From: Candidatus Cloacimonadales bacterium
GTDB taxonomy: Bacteria > Cloacimonadota > Cloacimonadia > Cloacimonadales > JAFGVF01
DNA length: 64,000 nt
Direction of reading: 5' to 3'
NCBI GenBank assembly: GCA_963667035.1
Contig: OY762964.1
Location: forward strand, 320,001 to 384,000
Within the stretch, counting starts at the first letter, position 1; every line of letters starts with the position of its first letter. Below the pieces are notes generated by a model. It ran no database searches, had not been told where the DNA came from, and saw nothing but the letters and a program-made list of their open reading frames with translations. Positions 51,972-61,445 of this stretch are shown piece after piece. The position numbers and the translations under genes are program-made.

Positions 51972-52024
51972 TCAGCCGCTGTTGACTTTTAAAGACAAAG
52001 TCAGTGACATTTATTTTTATAATT

Positions 52025-52052
52025 AAAAAGGGAACCGAAAAGGTTCCCTTTT
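52025..52052. terminator. Bidirectional terminator between the rrn operon and ovoA
   Basis: AAAAAGGGAACC-GAAA-AGGTTCCCTTTT. Confidence 0.85.
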
Positions 52053-52070
52053 ATACTTTTGTTAATAAAT

Positions 52071-54176
52071 CTACTTCTTCTTCCAGATTGTTACATTTGA
52101 GATTCTATAATCAAACTTTCTCGAATTTAATCTGATTGCATAGGGTATGTTGGCAGGTTCTTCTACTAGATCGAAGTTCTTTGAAAACAACTCTTTTATA
52201 TTATCAAGATAATAAACCGGCTCACCGTCTCTACGGAATCCACCCGGCCAATTATGTGAAGAGGCAACTTTCACATCCCAATCTGCAGTTGTAGCGAGTA
52301 CTAGATAACCTCCCGGATTAACTCGATTATGTATCTCCTCAATAAATGAAAGAGGATTATACATAGTTTCTAATGCATTCTCAACAATAATAACATCATA
52401 TTCTTTAAACTTAGCCATTAGATTTGAACCGTCAGCCTGATAGAAATCAATGTTTTCTCTTAGATTGTTCAGCCCTAAATCTTTAAGATTTATCTCTGCA
52501 AATGAATATATATCACCTTCCTCTTTTACCAGATACTTAACAATACCATTCTTTTTAAGATTTACACCTATTTTGAGCATTCTGGCAGAGAAATCAACTC
52601 CGGTTACATATTTAAAACAATTAGCAAGTTCAAAGGTTGTACGTCCTGTTCTACATCCCAGATTAAGAGCTTTACGCGAATTGCAAGCCGGAATAGAGTT
52701 GATAATAAGCTCAGCTAACTGCTTTGAATAGTTCCCCAGTTCAAGATAATCCGGTCCATAACCAAAATCACACCCGGTAATGACCTCAGGATCATCTTCA
52801 TAAACAGATCCATGAATAGCAGGTTGTTCTTCCGATTCAACGTATCTAAATCCGGCATGTTGATAGAAATGTCGTCTAAAAGCATATCTTGAATCTTTAA
52901 GAGCTTCATTACCTGTGGAAATCCAAGAGCCTCCTTTAATCATATTGTGGAGATTATCAAAGGTTGGAGTTGAGAAATCATCATAAGCAGGATGGACTTT
53001 GAATCCGTCAAATCCATAGATTGGAGTTTCGGTCCATTGCCATACATTACCAATAACGTCAAAGAATCCGTTGTTTTCAAACTTATTTACCGGACATGGA
53101 GAACAGTAGTGTTCCAGATTAATGTTGCCGGGAGCTGTTTCCCATTTTGGCTGATCCACTAGATCAATACTGTTATAGAGAGTGTACCATTCTTCTTCTG
53201 TAGGTAATCTAAGTTTCTTACCACTCTTTTCCGATTTCCAATTTGTGAAGGCTTTTGCTTCCAGATAATTACACTCAACAGGCCAATCCCATGGCATCGA
53301 TATTTCTTTGAATACCAGTCTTAGCTTCAAATCTCCTTCCGGATTACGTTTCCAGAATCTTGGCATAGCACACTTCTCATATTGTACCCATGCCCAACCT
53401 TCATCTGTCCACCATTTTTGGTTGTTATAACCGTCAGAATCAATAAATTCTTTGAACTCAGCATTGGAAACAAGATATTTAGAAGCCTTAAAGTCCTTTA
53501 CTTTATGAGTTTTCTTACCATACTCGTTGTCCCATCCGTAGTATTCTGCATCCAATGGCTTTCCAAGCGTAATCTCACATCCATTAACGGGAAGTAGCTC
53601 ATTCATAGGTGGTTTATTGCTCTCGTGGCAAACATCCCAGAAAACATTGTCGTTAAGAACTTCCAGTGGAAGTTGTCTAATTAGTACGGATGAAGTTTCT
53701 AAATGAATCCTTGAGTGTTCAATACCCATCATGATAATCCAAAAAGGATTTTCCCAGTTGATAGGCATTGCTAATGGAAGTGTCTTAATCAGTTCTTCGA
53801 CTAATGTCTTAACCTTTGCTCTATAGGCTATAGTATTTTCCAGTGTTGGCCATTCAAAGTGAGACTCATTCAAATCATCCCATGACATCTCATCAACACC
53901 AATTGCAAACATTGATTCATATTTAGGATTCACTCGAGTCTCAATTACTTTCGAGATGATTAGTTTATTAATATAGAAAGATGCAGTATGTCCAAAATAA
54001 AATATCAGCGGATGCCTTAATGGATCTGCACGCATATAGAAAGCTTCTGGTTTTAATCCGGCTAAGAGCTTTTCTTCAATAGCCCACGATGCTCTAAAAT
54101 AATCTAATATCTCCTGTCTCTTCATCTCGGGAAAACCATTCTTGAGATTAATCGTTTTAGTTATTTTGTAGTCCAT
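52071..54176 (-). CDS. ovoA: 5-histidylcysteine sulfoxide synthase with C-terminal methyltransferase (ovothiol biosynthesis)
   Basis: LRHPLIFYFGHTA, GVDEMSWDD, iron motif GIEHSRIHLETSSVL (HxxxHxE), FGE-sulfatase domain (GNVWQW, HPAYDDFSTP, RYAFRRHFYQHAGFRY), SAM domain LGCRTGR..GVDFSAR. Confidence 0.93.
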   Translation of the reverse strand: MDYKITKTINLKNGFPEMKRQEILDYFRASWAIEEKLLAGLKPEAFYMRADPLRHPLIFYFGHTASFYINKLIISKVIETRVNPKYESMFAIGVDEMSWDDLNESHFEWPTLENTIAYRAKVKTLVEELIKTLPLAMPINWENPFWIIMMGIEHSRIHLETSSVLIRQLPLEVLNDNVFWDVCHESNKPPMNELLPVNGCEITLGKPLDAEYYGWDNEYGKKTHKVKDFKASKYLVSNAEFKEFIDSDGYNNQKWWTDEGWAWVQYEKCAMPRFWKRNPEGDLKLRLVFKEISMPWDWPVECNYLEAKAFTNWKSEKSGKKLRLPTEEEWYTLYNSIDLVDQPKWETAPGNINLEHYCSPCPVNKFENNGFFDVIGNVWQWTETPIYGFDGFKVHPAYDDFSTPTFDNLHNMIKGGSWISTGNEALKDSRYAFRRHFYQHAGFRYVESEEQPAIHGSVYEDDPEVITGCDFGYGPDYLELGNYSKQLAELIINSIPACNSRKALNLGCRTGRTTFELANCFKYVTGVDFSARMLKIGVNLKKNGIVKYLVKEEGDIYSFAEINLKDLGLNNLRENIDFYQADGSNLMAKFKEYDVIIVENALETMYNPLSFIEEIHNRVNPGGYLVLATTADWDVKVASSHNWPGGFRRDGEPVYYLDNIKELFSKNFDLVEEPANIPYAIRLNSRKFDYRISNVTIWKKK

Positions 54177-54336
54177 ATAGGCCTCGCTTGTGTTTCTTAG
54201 TTACTATAATTTAAATCCAACTTCGTAAGATGTCAAAAGAAATATTAAAAATAAGTCTATGAATGCAATTAAAGTTGATAATATGATTATAAGAACGATT
54301 AAGACTCAGTAAGTTCTATGGTGCCCTATTAGCACT

Positions 54337-54383
54337 TATCTCGTAGAAAGCTACGGGAGACTACGCGTTGGCAACGGGTGAGA
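54337..54383 (+). repeat. Degenerate copy of the CAACGGGAGA hairpin/tandem core with no adjacent IS
   Basis: TATCTCGTAG-AAA-GCTACGGGAGA-CTACGCGTTG-GCAACGGGTGA resembles TATCTCGTTGC-GA-GCAACGGGAGA... of copy 2. Confidence 0.5.
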
Positions 54384-54457
54384 ATGCCAGATTAGTAAGT
54401 GATTTGAAAATTGGATTAGTATTTATACATAGAAAAGCTATAGTAATCTACTATAAA

Positions 54458-54486
54458 TAAAAAAAGCCTGCCGAAATGGCAGGCTA
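54458..54486 (-). terminator. Intrinsic terminator downstream of the decarboxylase gene
   Basis: AGCCTGCC-GAAAT-GGCAGGCT with T8 on the minus strand. Confidence 0.85.
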
Positions 54487-54497
54487 AATATTATATA

Positions 54498-55658
54498 CTA
54501 TTGAAATATATAAGTTTTCAACGGTGGGAATCCATTGAATTCAATAGCACTATAGCTAGTTGTGTAAGCACCAGTCGTTAACCAATAAAGTTTGTCTCCG
54601 GTAGCCAAAGATAGAGGAAGCGGGTACATTGTATTCTCATACATAATGTCTTGAGAATCACAAGTAGGACCGGCGAGTATAACATCCTCCAAAACTCCGG
54701 TACGTTCTGTATATATAGGAAACTTAATTGATTCTTCAATAGTCTCAATCAATCCCGAGAACTTACCGACATCGGTATAGACCCATCTGTTAAGGGCTGT
54801 TCTTGATTTTCTGGAGACAAGAACAACTTCACTAACAAGAATGCCAGCATCAGCGACAAGAGAACGACCCGGTTCCAGAATAATCTGAGGCATATCATCA
54901 CCAAAATCTTCCTCAATATAACGCAGAATTTCTTCAGCATATACAGTTAACTCGTTAGTTTTGTTAACATAATTTGCAGGAAATCCCCCACCCATATTAA
55001 TCATTCTAAGTTTAATATCTTCATTCTCTTTTAAGAGGTCAAATATATACTTAACTTTTGCAAGTGCACCGTCCCAAGTTCCGATCTCTCTCTGTTGCGA
55101 ACCTACGTGGAAAGACATCCCATAAGGATCAAGTCCAAGTTTCTGAGCCAAAACAGCAAGATCATACACCAGGTCAGGCTGACAACCGAATTTACGGGAT
55201 AAACCCCAATCAGCTGTAGACGTGTTTTCTAATAAAACTCTGAAAAAGACCTTAGAACCCGGAGCTGCGAACGCAATATTACGAAGATCGGATTCACTGT
55301 CTGTCACAAAAAGTCTGACTCCTTTGTCATAGAAATACTTAATATGGTCTGCCTTTTTAATTGTATTTCCATAGCTAATTCTGTCAGGAGAAACACCAAG
55401 ACTAAGAACTTTATCAAGCTCAAAGATGGATGCGATATCAAAATTAGAGCCCAAGTCTTTGAGCAAACTAATAACTTCAACCGCAGGATTTGCTTTTACA
55501 GCATAATAAATCATTGCATGTGGAAAAAGATCAATCATCTGCTGGAATTTATCTCTGATAATATTCAGATTAACCAGCAGAAAAGGTGTCTCTTTACCTT
55601 TTGCATGATCCATAAAAAGCTTCCATTCCTGTTCGGAGTAATAAGCTTCTTTCATCAT
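54498..55658 (-). CDS. Fold-type III PLP ornithine/lysine decarboxylase
   Basis: YAVKAN (PLP Lys), FDIAS, KFGC, SFHVGSQ, NMGGGFP, EPGR, GPTCDS, GAYT. Confidence 0.9.
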   Translation of the reverse strand: MMKEAYYSEQEWKLFMDHAKGKETPFLLVNLNIIRDKFQQMIDLFPHAMIYYAVKANPAVEVISLLKDLGSNFDIASIFELDKVLSLGVSPDRISYGNTIKKADHIKYFYDKGVRLFVTDSESDLRNIAFAAPGSKVFFRVLLENTSTADWGLSRKFGCQPDLVYDLAVLAQKLGLDPYGMSFHVGSQQREIGTWDGALAKVKYIFDLLKENEDIKLRMINMGGGFPANYVNKTNELTVYAEEILRYIEEDFGDDMPQIILEPGRSLVADAGILVSEVVLVSRKSRTALNRWVYTDVGKFSGLIETIEESIKFPIYTERTGVLEDVILAGPTCDSQDIMYENTMYPLPLSLATGDKLYWLTTGAYTTSYSAIEFNGFPPLKTYIFQ

Positions 55659-55879
55659 TCCTCCTTTATGTAATCAGAATTTTGAACAAGACACAATACA
55701 AGTTCAATAAAATTCAGAAAAGTATCACATGAAAAATTTTGAAAAGCATATAGTGTCAATGATTATTTTTGATAAATTGCTAACTGTCTATGAGATATGA
55801 TTATAAGCCTCAAAATAGGTCGCTAAAGATTGTAATAAATGTTCAAACTAATCAAATGGGGGAATTGTCGACTAATAAA

Positions 55880-55906
55880 AAGAGCTGTTCACAATGAACA
55901 GCCCTT
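55880..55906 (-). terminator. Terminator downstream of kamE
   Basis: AAGAGCTGTTCA-CAA-TGAACAGCCCTT, T-run on the minus strand. Confidence 0.7.
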
Positions 55907-55926
55907 ATATATTAAAAAAGTGAATA

Positions 55927-56682
55927 CTATTTCTTTTCTTCTCTTTCTGCTATTGTAACGGATATGAATGAAGCAACGTCAGTTGAATATGAACCTGTAC
56001 CGAATCCGGCATCATAACCGAGTTCAATTGCGATTTCATGATTAAGACGAGGTCCCCCACAGATAAAGAGCATCTTATCTCTGAGTCCTTCAGCTTCCGC
56101 CATTTCAATAAGCTTAGTTAGGTTCTGAATATGAATATTCTTCTGAGTCACAATCTGAGAAACAAGAATAGCATCTGCATTGACTTCACGTGCTTTCTTG
56201 AGAAGTTCTTCGCATGGAACTTGAGCTCCCATATTAATAGCTTCTATATGCTTGTATCTTTCAAGACCATAACGATGATTGTAGCCTTTCATGTTCATGA
56301 TTGCATCAATACCCACAGTATGTGCATCGCTTTCAATGCATGCACCGACAACTGTCAGGTCTCTTCCGATATGTTGCTCTATGTAGTCATCATTCTCATA
56401 CATATCCATTACGGGTGTTTCCACTACTTTAACTTTGATAGCAGTCAGGTCGATTTCCGCATTGGAAGTTGCATAAGCGTTAAAATGAGTAAAACCTTCA
56501 GTCAGGTCATTCATGTGACAGACATCAATATCATCCATTCCCATTTTACGGAGGATTTGTCTGGCAGCTTCTTTACCCTGTTCGTTACATGGAACAGGTA
56601 AAGTAAAAGAGATCTGAACACGACCGTCGTTTAAAGTGTCACCATAAGGTCTTATTCTGGTTGGATCTGTTTTTACCGGCAT
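55927..56682 (-). CDS. kamE: D-lysine/beta-lysine 5,6-aminomutase beta subunit
   Basis: PYGDTLNDGRVQISFTLP dimerisation domain; B12 motif SDAHTVGIDAIMNMKG; LVSQIVTQK; CGGPR; GYDAGFG. Confidence 0.95.
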   Translation of the reverse strand: MPVKTDPTRIRPYGDTLNDGRVQISFTLPVPCNEQGKEAARQILRKMGMDDIDVCHMNDLTEGFTHFNAYATSNAEIDLTAIKVKVVETPVMDMYENDDYIEQHIGRDLTVVGACIESDAHTVGIDAIMNMKGYNHRYGLERYKHIEAINMGAQVPCEELLKKAREVNADAILVSQIVTQKNIHIQNLTKLIEMAEAEGLRDKMLFICGGPRLNHEIAIELGYDAGFGTGSYSTDVASFISVTIAEREEKK

Positions 56683-56692
56683 TATTTCCTCC

Positions 56693-58255
56693 TTATCCGT
56701 TTAATCCGAGTTCCTGTTTCATCTGTTCCAGGAATGGGTTGAGATAGTTTTCAGAGCGTTTGAATACTCCTTCGGCACCTTTGCCTTTATCTTCAGGACG
56801 CTTAATGTCAGCAAAATCTCCACGAGCCATTGCTTCAAAGAGACCGGTATCTACAACTTTCTGTAAGAAAGCAATAGCCTCGTCAAGTACCGATTCAGCA
56901 CGCTTGTTGATGAAGCCGTCAGGATCTATTGAAAGCTCTTTACCAAGGTCTTTTACAGCAGTAAAAATATAGTTGGCATTCTCAATCGCGAGTGCTCTAT
57001 CAGCGATATGCGGAGTATGAATAGCCTCAGTCATCATACCAAGAAGCTGAACACCTTGTCCGGTCAACTGACCGATAAAGTTGAACATAGCGTCCATAAG
57101 GTGAGTTTTGAAGATGTTGCCTGAAGCAAATTTAGTAGGTGGCATATATTTAACGGGAGCAGTAGGGAAGAGGGTTTTAGTAAGCATAGCATGTGCCAGC
57201 TCATATGAGAAACTGTTCTCTACTTCGGGGTTGATCTCATAAGCATGACCAAGTCCCATTTTCTCCTCTTTAATTCCTGAGAAAGCAGCAAACTGTTCGT
57301 TGATAAGCTGAGAAGCTGTAACAGTGTAAGCTTTTTCAATCGCATCAGATGTAGTGAGATAGTTGTCTTCACCTGTCTGAATCTCTATTCCTGCATAAGC
57401 GTTTATCATGCGTGAGAAGTACTGATCAAGAATAGTTCTTCTTGGGTTGATATCACGGAAAAGGATACCGTACATCGCATCGTTGAGCATAACATCAAGA
57501 CGTTCAATCGCACCCATAACAGCAATCTCCGGCATACAAAGTCCGGATGCATAATTTGTGAGTCCGATATATCTTTCAAGCTCATCACCAACTTCATCAA
57601 GAGCTTTACGCATAATACGGAAGTTTTCTTGTGTTGCGAATGTACCACCGAAACCTTCAGTTGTAGGTCCGTAAGGTACATAGTCGAGTAATGATTGGGC
57701 AGTAGAACGGATAACGGCAATAATATCGGCACCTTCACGGGCCGCTGCTACAGCCTGATTCACATCTTCATAGATGTTTCCGGTTGCCACGATAACATAG
57801 AGACCCGGTTTTCTGCGTGGTCCGAATGTTTTGAACTTGTTCTCACGGAACTCTTTCTGACTTCTGATATGAGCCAACATCTTCTCTGTTTGCTCCTGAA
57901 TCACAGCGAGAACTTTCTCGTCATCATCCTGCTTTACTGTAGAGAGGTCTATTTCACCTGTAGCAACTTTATCAGCAACTTCTTGAGCAGAAATATTTAA
58001 TCCTGACATTGCGTTAGCAATCCAGTATGCAGCTCCGCGTTCTATTATTTTTTTCTCTTGTAAATGTTCAACAATCACATTTGGTAAAGGAGTCCCATCA
58101 TCAGTTGCTCCGTCAATACCCATTAATCTAACAACGGTACGCTCAATCGTTTCTGAGCTGTAACCATCGAAAAGCCAATCAAATGAATATACAATCTGTC
58201 TCGCCAAGTCTTTCGCCTTACGAATCTTTTCCTCTTTGATGGAAAGCTGTAACAC
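56693..58255 (-). CDS. kamD: D-lysine/beta-lysine 5,6-aminomutase alpha subunit
   Basis: YVIVATGNIYED, AVIRSTAQSLLDYVPYG, NYASGLCMPEIA, GILFRDIN, KYMPPTK; GTG start with SD. Confidence 0.95.
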   Translation of the reverse strand: MLQLSIKEEKIRKAKDLARQIVYSFDWLFDGYSSETIERTVVRLMGIDGATDDGTPLPNVIVEHLQEKKIIERGAAYWIANAMSGLNISAQEVADKVATGEIDLSTVKQDDDEKVLAVIQEQTEKMLAHIRSQKEFRENKFKTFGPRRKPGLYVIVATGNIYEDVNQAVAAAREGADIIAVIRSTAQSLLDYVPYGPTTEGFGGTFATQENFRIMRKALDEVGDELERYIGLTNYASGLCMPEIAVMGAIERLDVMLNDAMYGILFRDINPRRTILDQYFSRMINAYAGIEIQTGEDNYLTTSDAIEKAYTVTASQLINEQFAAFSGIKEEKMGLGHAYEINPEVENSFSYELAHAMLTKTLFPTAPVKYMPPTKFASGNIFKTHLMDAMFNFIGQLTGQGVQLLGMMTEAIHTPHIADRALAIENANYIFTAVKDLGKELSIDPDGFINKRAESVLDEAIAFLQKVVDTGLFEAMARGDFADIKRPEDKGKGAEGVFKRSENYLNPFLEQMKQELGLNG

Positions 58256-58425
58256 ATCTCCTCCCTTTCGTCGGTATTTCTTTGCCTGACAAAACTTTTA
58301 AGCCGTTTTTTCGTCAAGGGAAATTGGGGAGTATCCACTACCAGATAAATCTTGTGGTTCCGTGGAATTCAATCTTCAATATAACAGGTTCGGATTTGAC
58401 TTCTAAGATGTGTGCTTAGAATGGT

Positions 58426-59220
58426 CATATTCGACCCCATTCGGGGTCGTTTGTGTTTGGGGATTACTTACCATGCATTACATGCATGGCTACTCACATT
58501 TAATCCCGTTGGGATTAACATCGTATATGTTAGTTCACATTGATACCCATTGGGATTAGCATTATATATGATAATTTACATTGATAACCTTTAGGATTAT
58601 GCCTGCCTTTGGATGATTATTGCATCATTGCTTTCCAGCATTGTGTGCATTGTTTCCCAATCTAGTAACATTGGGAATACACTTTTATAATGTTTTTCAT
58701 AATTATCAGGTTATGTTTACTTACAAACTAACCAAGGTTAGAAATTGAATTTGCTAACCATGAAATGGTTACATATGAATAGCCCCGAATGCAATTCGGG
58801 GTAAAGAATTACCAGCGATCGACAACTCCAACGGAGTTGAATTTATTTGGTCATGGTACTCATTGCTAAAATATTTGACCCCATTCGAGGTCGTTGTCTG
58901 TTTTTGGGTTCAGTTACCATGCATTTCATACATGGCTACACACATTTAATCACTCCATGATTATTCCTACCTGTTTATGATTGTGTTTTGGGGGATTGAG
59001 AACTATGCATTGGATACAATGTTATTTACATTTATTCTCGTTGGGATAATGGCTGCCTTTGTATGTTTTTTATAATTATCTGACTATGTTTACATGCATA
59101 CAAACGAAGATTGGAAATGGAATTTGTTAACCCTGGAAGGGTTACATATGAGTAGCCCCGAATGCAATTCGGGGTAATGTATTCCTCCAAATAATACAAC
59201 CCCGAATGGGGTTGAATATG
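58426..59220. repeat. Four ~90-bp three-hairpin REP-like units as two inverted doublets upstream of tnpA (A1 58426-58517, B1 58755-58842, A2 58871-58963, B2 59128-59220)
   Basis: A units: CGACCCCATTCGGGGTCG..CCATGCATTACATGCATGG-CTAC..AATCCCGTTGGGATT; B units are the inverse layout: AACCATGAAATGGTT..(G/A)TAG-CCCCGAATGCAATTCGGGG..CAACTCCAACGGAGTTG. Confidence 0.9.
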
Positions 59221-59228
59221 CTAATCAT

Positions 59229-59257
59229 TTGACACATATACTCATGCATATTATATT
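59229..59257 (+). promoter_or_regulatory. Sigma70-type promoter of tnpA
   Basis: TTGACA-N17-TATATT, then SD GGAGG and ATG 59292. Confidence 0.7.
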
Positions 59258-59291
59258 TGTAGTGCTCTCTGTAGGAGAAATTGGAGGTTAT

Positions 59292-59738
59292 ATGTCTACA
59301 TACTCGCAACTACTATATCATATTGTTTTTAGTACAAAAGGACGAATGAGAACTCTAAATCTGAAGAAAAGAGATGAGATTTTGAGTTACATGTGTGGAT
59401 TTCTTAGAAACAATAATACTCATGTGTTCAGAATAAATATGACAGATGACCATGTACACATATTTTGTTCTATTCATCAATCGGAGTGCATATCCAGTTT
59501 GATTAAAGGATTAAAGATAGCAACAGGTAAATGGATGAAGAGTCAAAACATATCTCCCGATTTTCACGGATGGCAAATTGGATATGGGATATTTACAGTA
59601 AATTGGAACGATAGACAAAAGTTAATCGAATATATAAAGAATCAGCAAGAACACCATAAACATACGGACTCATTAGCAGAATTTAAGAAGTTATTGGATG
59701 AATTTGGTATTGATTATAAAGATGCATATCTTGAGTGA
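59292..59738 (+). CDS. tnpA: IS200/IS605-type HUH (Y1) transposase/nuclease, REP-associated, no tnpB
   Basis: YHIVFSTKGR, DHVH (HUH), WQIGYG.FTV, catalytic YIKNQ, EHH; 148 aa. Confidence 0.92.
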   Translation: MSTYSQLLYHIVFSTKGRMRTLNLKKRDEILSYMCGFLRNNNTHVFRINMTDDHVHIFCSIHQSECISSLIKGLKIATGKWMKSQNISPDFHGWQIGYGIFTVNWNDRQKLIEYIKNQQEHHKHTDSLAEFKKLLDEFGIDYKDAYLE

Positions 59739-59739
59739 A

Positions 59740-59960
59740 CATATTCGACCCCATCCGGGGTCGGTTGGTGTTTTCGTGGATTGTTTACCATGCATTTCAT
59801 ACATGGCTACTCATATTTAATCACTCCGTGATTATTCCTGACTATTTATGATTGTGTTTTGGGATTGCTAACCATGAAATGGTTACATGTGAGTAGCCCC
59901 GAATGCAATTCGGGGTCACTAATTTCACATGAAATTAACAACTCCAACGGGGTTAAATAT
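59740..59960. repeat. Third inverted doublet of REP-like units downstream of tnpA (A3 59740-59834, B3 59868-59960)
   Basis: CGACCCCATCCGGGGTCG, CCATGCATTTCATACATGG-CTAC, AATCACTCCGTGATT; AACCATGAAATGGTT, GTAG-CCCCGAATGCAATTCGGGG, AACTCCAACGGGGTT. Confidence 0.9.
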
Positions 59961-60252
59961 TGCCAAATGATTTCTCCGGAATGAAACAATTTTTTCTTAA
60001 CATATATGCAAAAACTAAGACTCAATTCCTCAAAATAATATAGCAACGGAATCTAGTTTCACATCATATCATATTCGATTTATAGATATGCTATTCTGGC
60101 TACTTGTTATAGGCAAGTATATGAATGATTAGCGTAGAACAATTATCTTGACGTAATATTTATAGTGATTAATAAATCCTTAACAATAAAATTGTTAAAA
60201 AATAGGAATATCACTTTTAGTAGGGATGCTATTGTGGTAAAGAGAGGAAAAA

Positions 60253-60837
60253 ATGGGGAAGAAGGGGAAAACAACTCTACTGATTATTGCATTAATCATG
60301 CTATCAACTTGTCTTTTTGCTAAAGAACCAATCAAAGAAGAACTACCTAAGAAAGAGTTTAGCTTGGGGGTTAATGTTGGAGCGGTTTCAGGCATAGGAC
60401 TGTCAGCACGAATATTTAATGAGAAAAACGGTTTACAGTTCACAATAGGTGGTTGGGGTAGTGAGAAATCTAAAGAAGATGGGTATTACAAAGTAAAAAA
60501 AGAGTTTTATGATTTTGGTTTGCAAGTCATGCATGAACTTCGCAAATATGAGGACGGGCGTTTCTACATGTTTGGAGGAGGAATGTGTTTAGCTGCTGAA
60601 TCAAAACGGATATATAAGGATTATAAAAAGGATGAAGATCCATTTTCCCTAGAAGATGATGATGATAAACTTGCAGTTGTGACTTTTGGAGGAGGAGTAG
60701 GATTTGAACACAAATTTTCAGGTCCAGTATATATGATTGCAGAAGTACCTGTAACCTTTTTCGCTTCATTCAATAACAATACTGTAATAGGAGTCGTGCC
60801 TATTAGTATTCAATTGGGTTTGATGTACAAGTTTTAA
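60253..60837 (+). CDS. Small outer-membrane beta-barrel protein, paralog 1
   Basis: Signal peptide; LGVNVGAVSGIGLSAR; C-terminal GLMYKF beta-signal. Confidence 0.65.
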   Translation: MGKKGKTTLLIIALIMLSTCLFAKEPIKEELPKKEFSLGVNVGAVSGIGLSARIFNEKNGLQFTIGGWGSEKSKEDGYYKVKKEFYDFGLQVMHELRKYEDGRFYMFGGGMCLAAESKRIYKDYKKDEDPFSLEDDDDKLAVVTFGGGVGFEHKFSGPVYMIAEVPVTFFASFNNNTVIGVVPISIQLGLMYKF

Positions 60838-60849
60838 TATATAAAGGAG

Positions 60850-61425
60850 ATGATCTTGAAAAAATTGATACTACTTGTTTTAATGATTTGCATGGCAATT
60901 ACAATGTTTGCAGAAACAGTTGTTGAAGAAATTAAGGAAGTTAAAGAAGTGAGAGTTAAACCTGAGACGGATTTCTATCTGGGTATGAATTTTGGATTTG
61001 TTTCCGGATTCGGTTTCTCAGCAAGAGTGTTTGGACCTAAGTTAGGGATGCAAATGACATATGCTCGTCTTGAAATATCCGAAGATCAGGACTCTGATGA
61101 AATGACGAGTAAGGGTACTAATTTTGGTATAGAAGTATTATACTCAATCCATAGCTCTAAGAATTATCGCTTCTATGCACTCCTTGGAGGAGCAAATTAT
61201 TCACTTAAAGGTGATTATCATTTCGATATAGCTGATGTTGGTGATGATGACTTTGACCATGAAACCAGATACAAAATACAGACTTACGGTCTTGGACCCG
61301 GATTCGAAATCAAAGCTTTAGGACCGATTATGCTCATTGCTGAGATGCCTGTAAGTTATGCAGAGGAAGATGGAGATTCTAGAATCTTCTTAGGATTGAA
61401 TCTAGGAATTATGGCTAAATTCTAA
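60850..61425 (+). CDS. Small outer-membrane beta-barrel protein, paralog 2
   Basis: Signal peptide; LGMNFGFVSGFGFSAR; GP....AEMPV; C-terminal GIMAKF. Confidence 0.65.
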   Translation: MILKKLILLVLMICMAITMFAETVVEEIKEVKEVRVKPETDFYLGMNFGFVSGFGFSARVFGPKLGMQMTYARLEISEDQDSDEMTSKGTNFGIEVLYSIHSSKNYRFYALLGGANYSLKGDYHFDIADVGDDDFDHETRYKIQTYGLGPGFEIKALGPIMLIAEMPVSYAEEDGDSRIFLGLNLGIMAKF

Positions 61426-61445
61426 TCTAAGTCTATTTTAACTAT

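Noticed and set aside
58426..59960. Palindromic repeats around tnpA as a CRISPR array or TnpB/omega-RNA locus
   Set aside because: Units alternate in orientation with irregular, mutually homologous spacers; no cas, tnpB or iscB ORF is adjacent.
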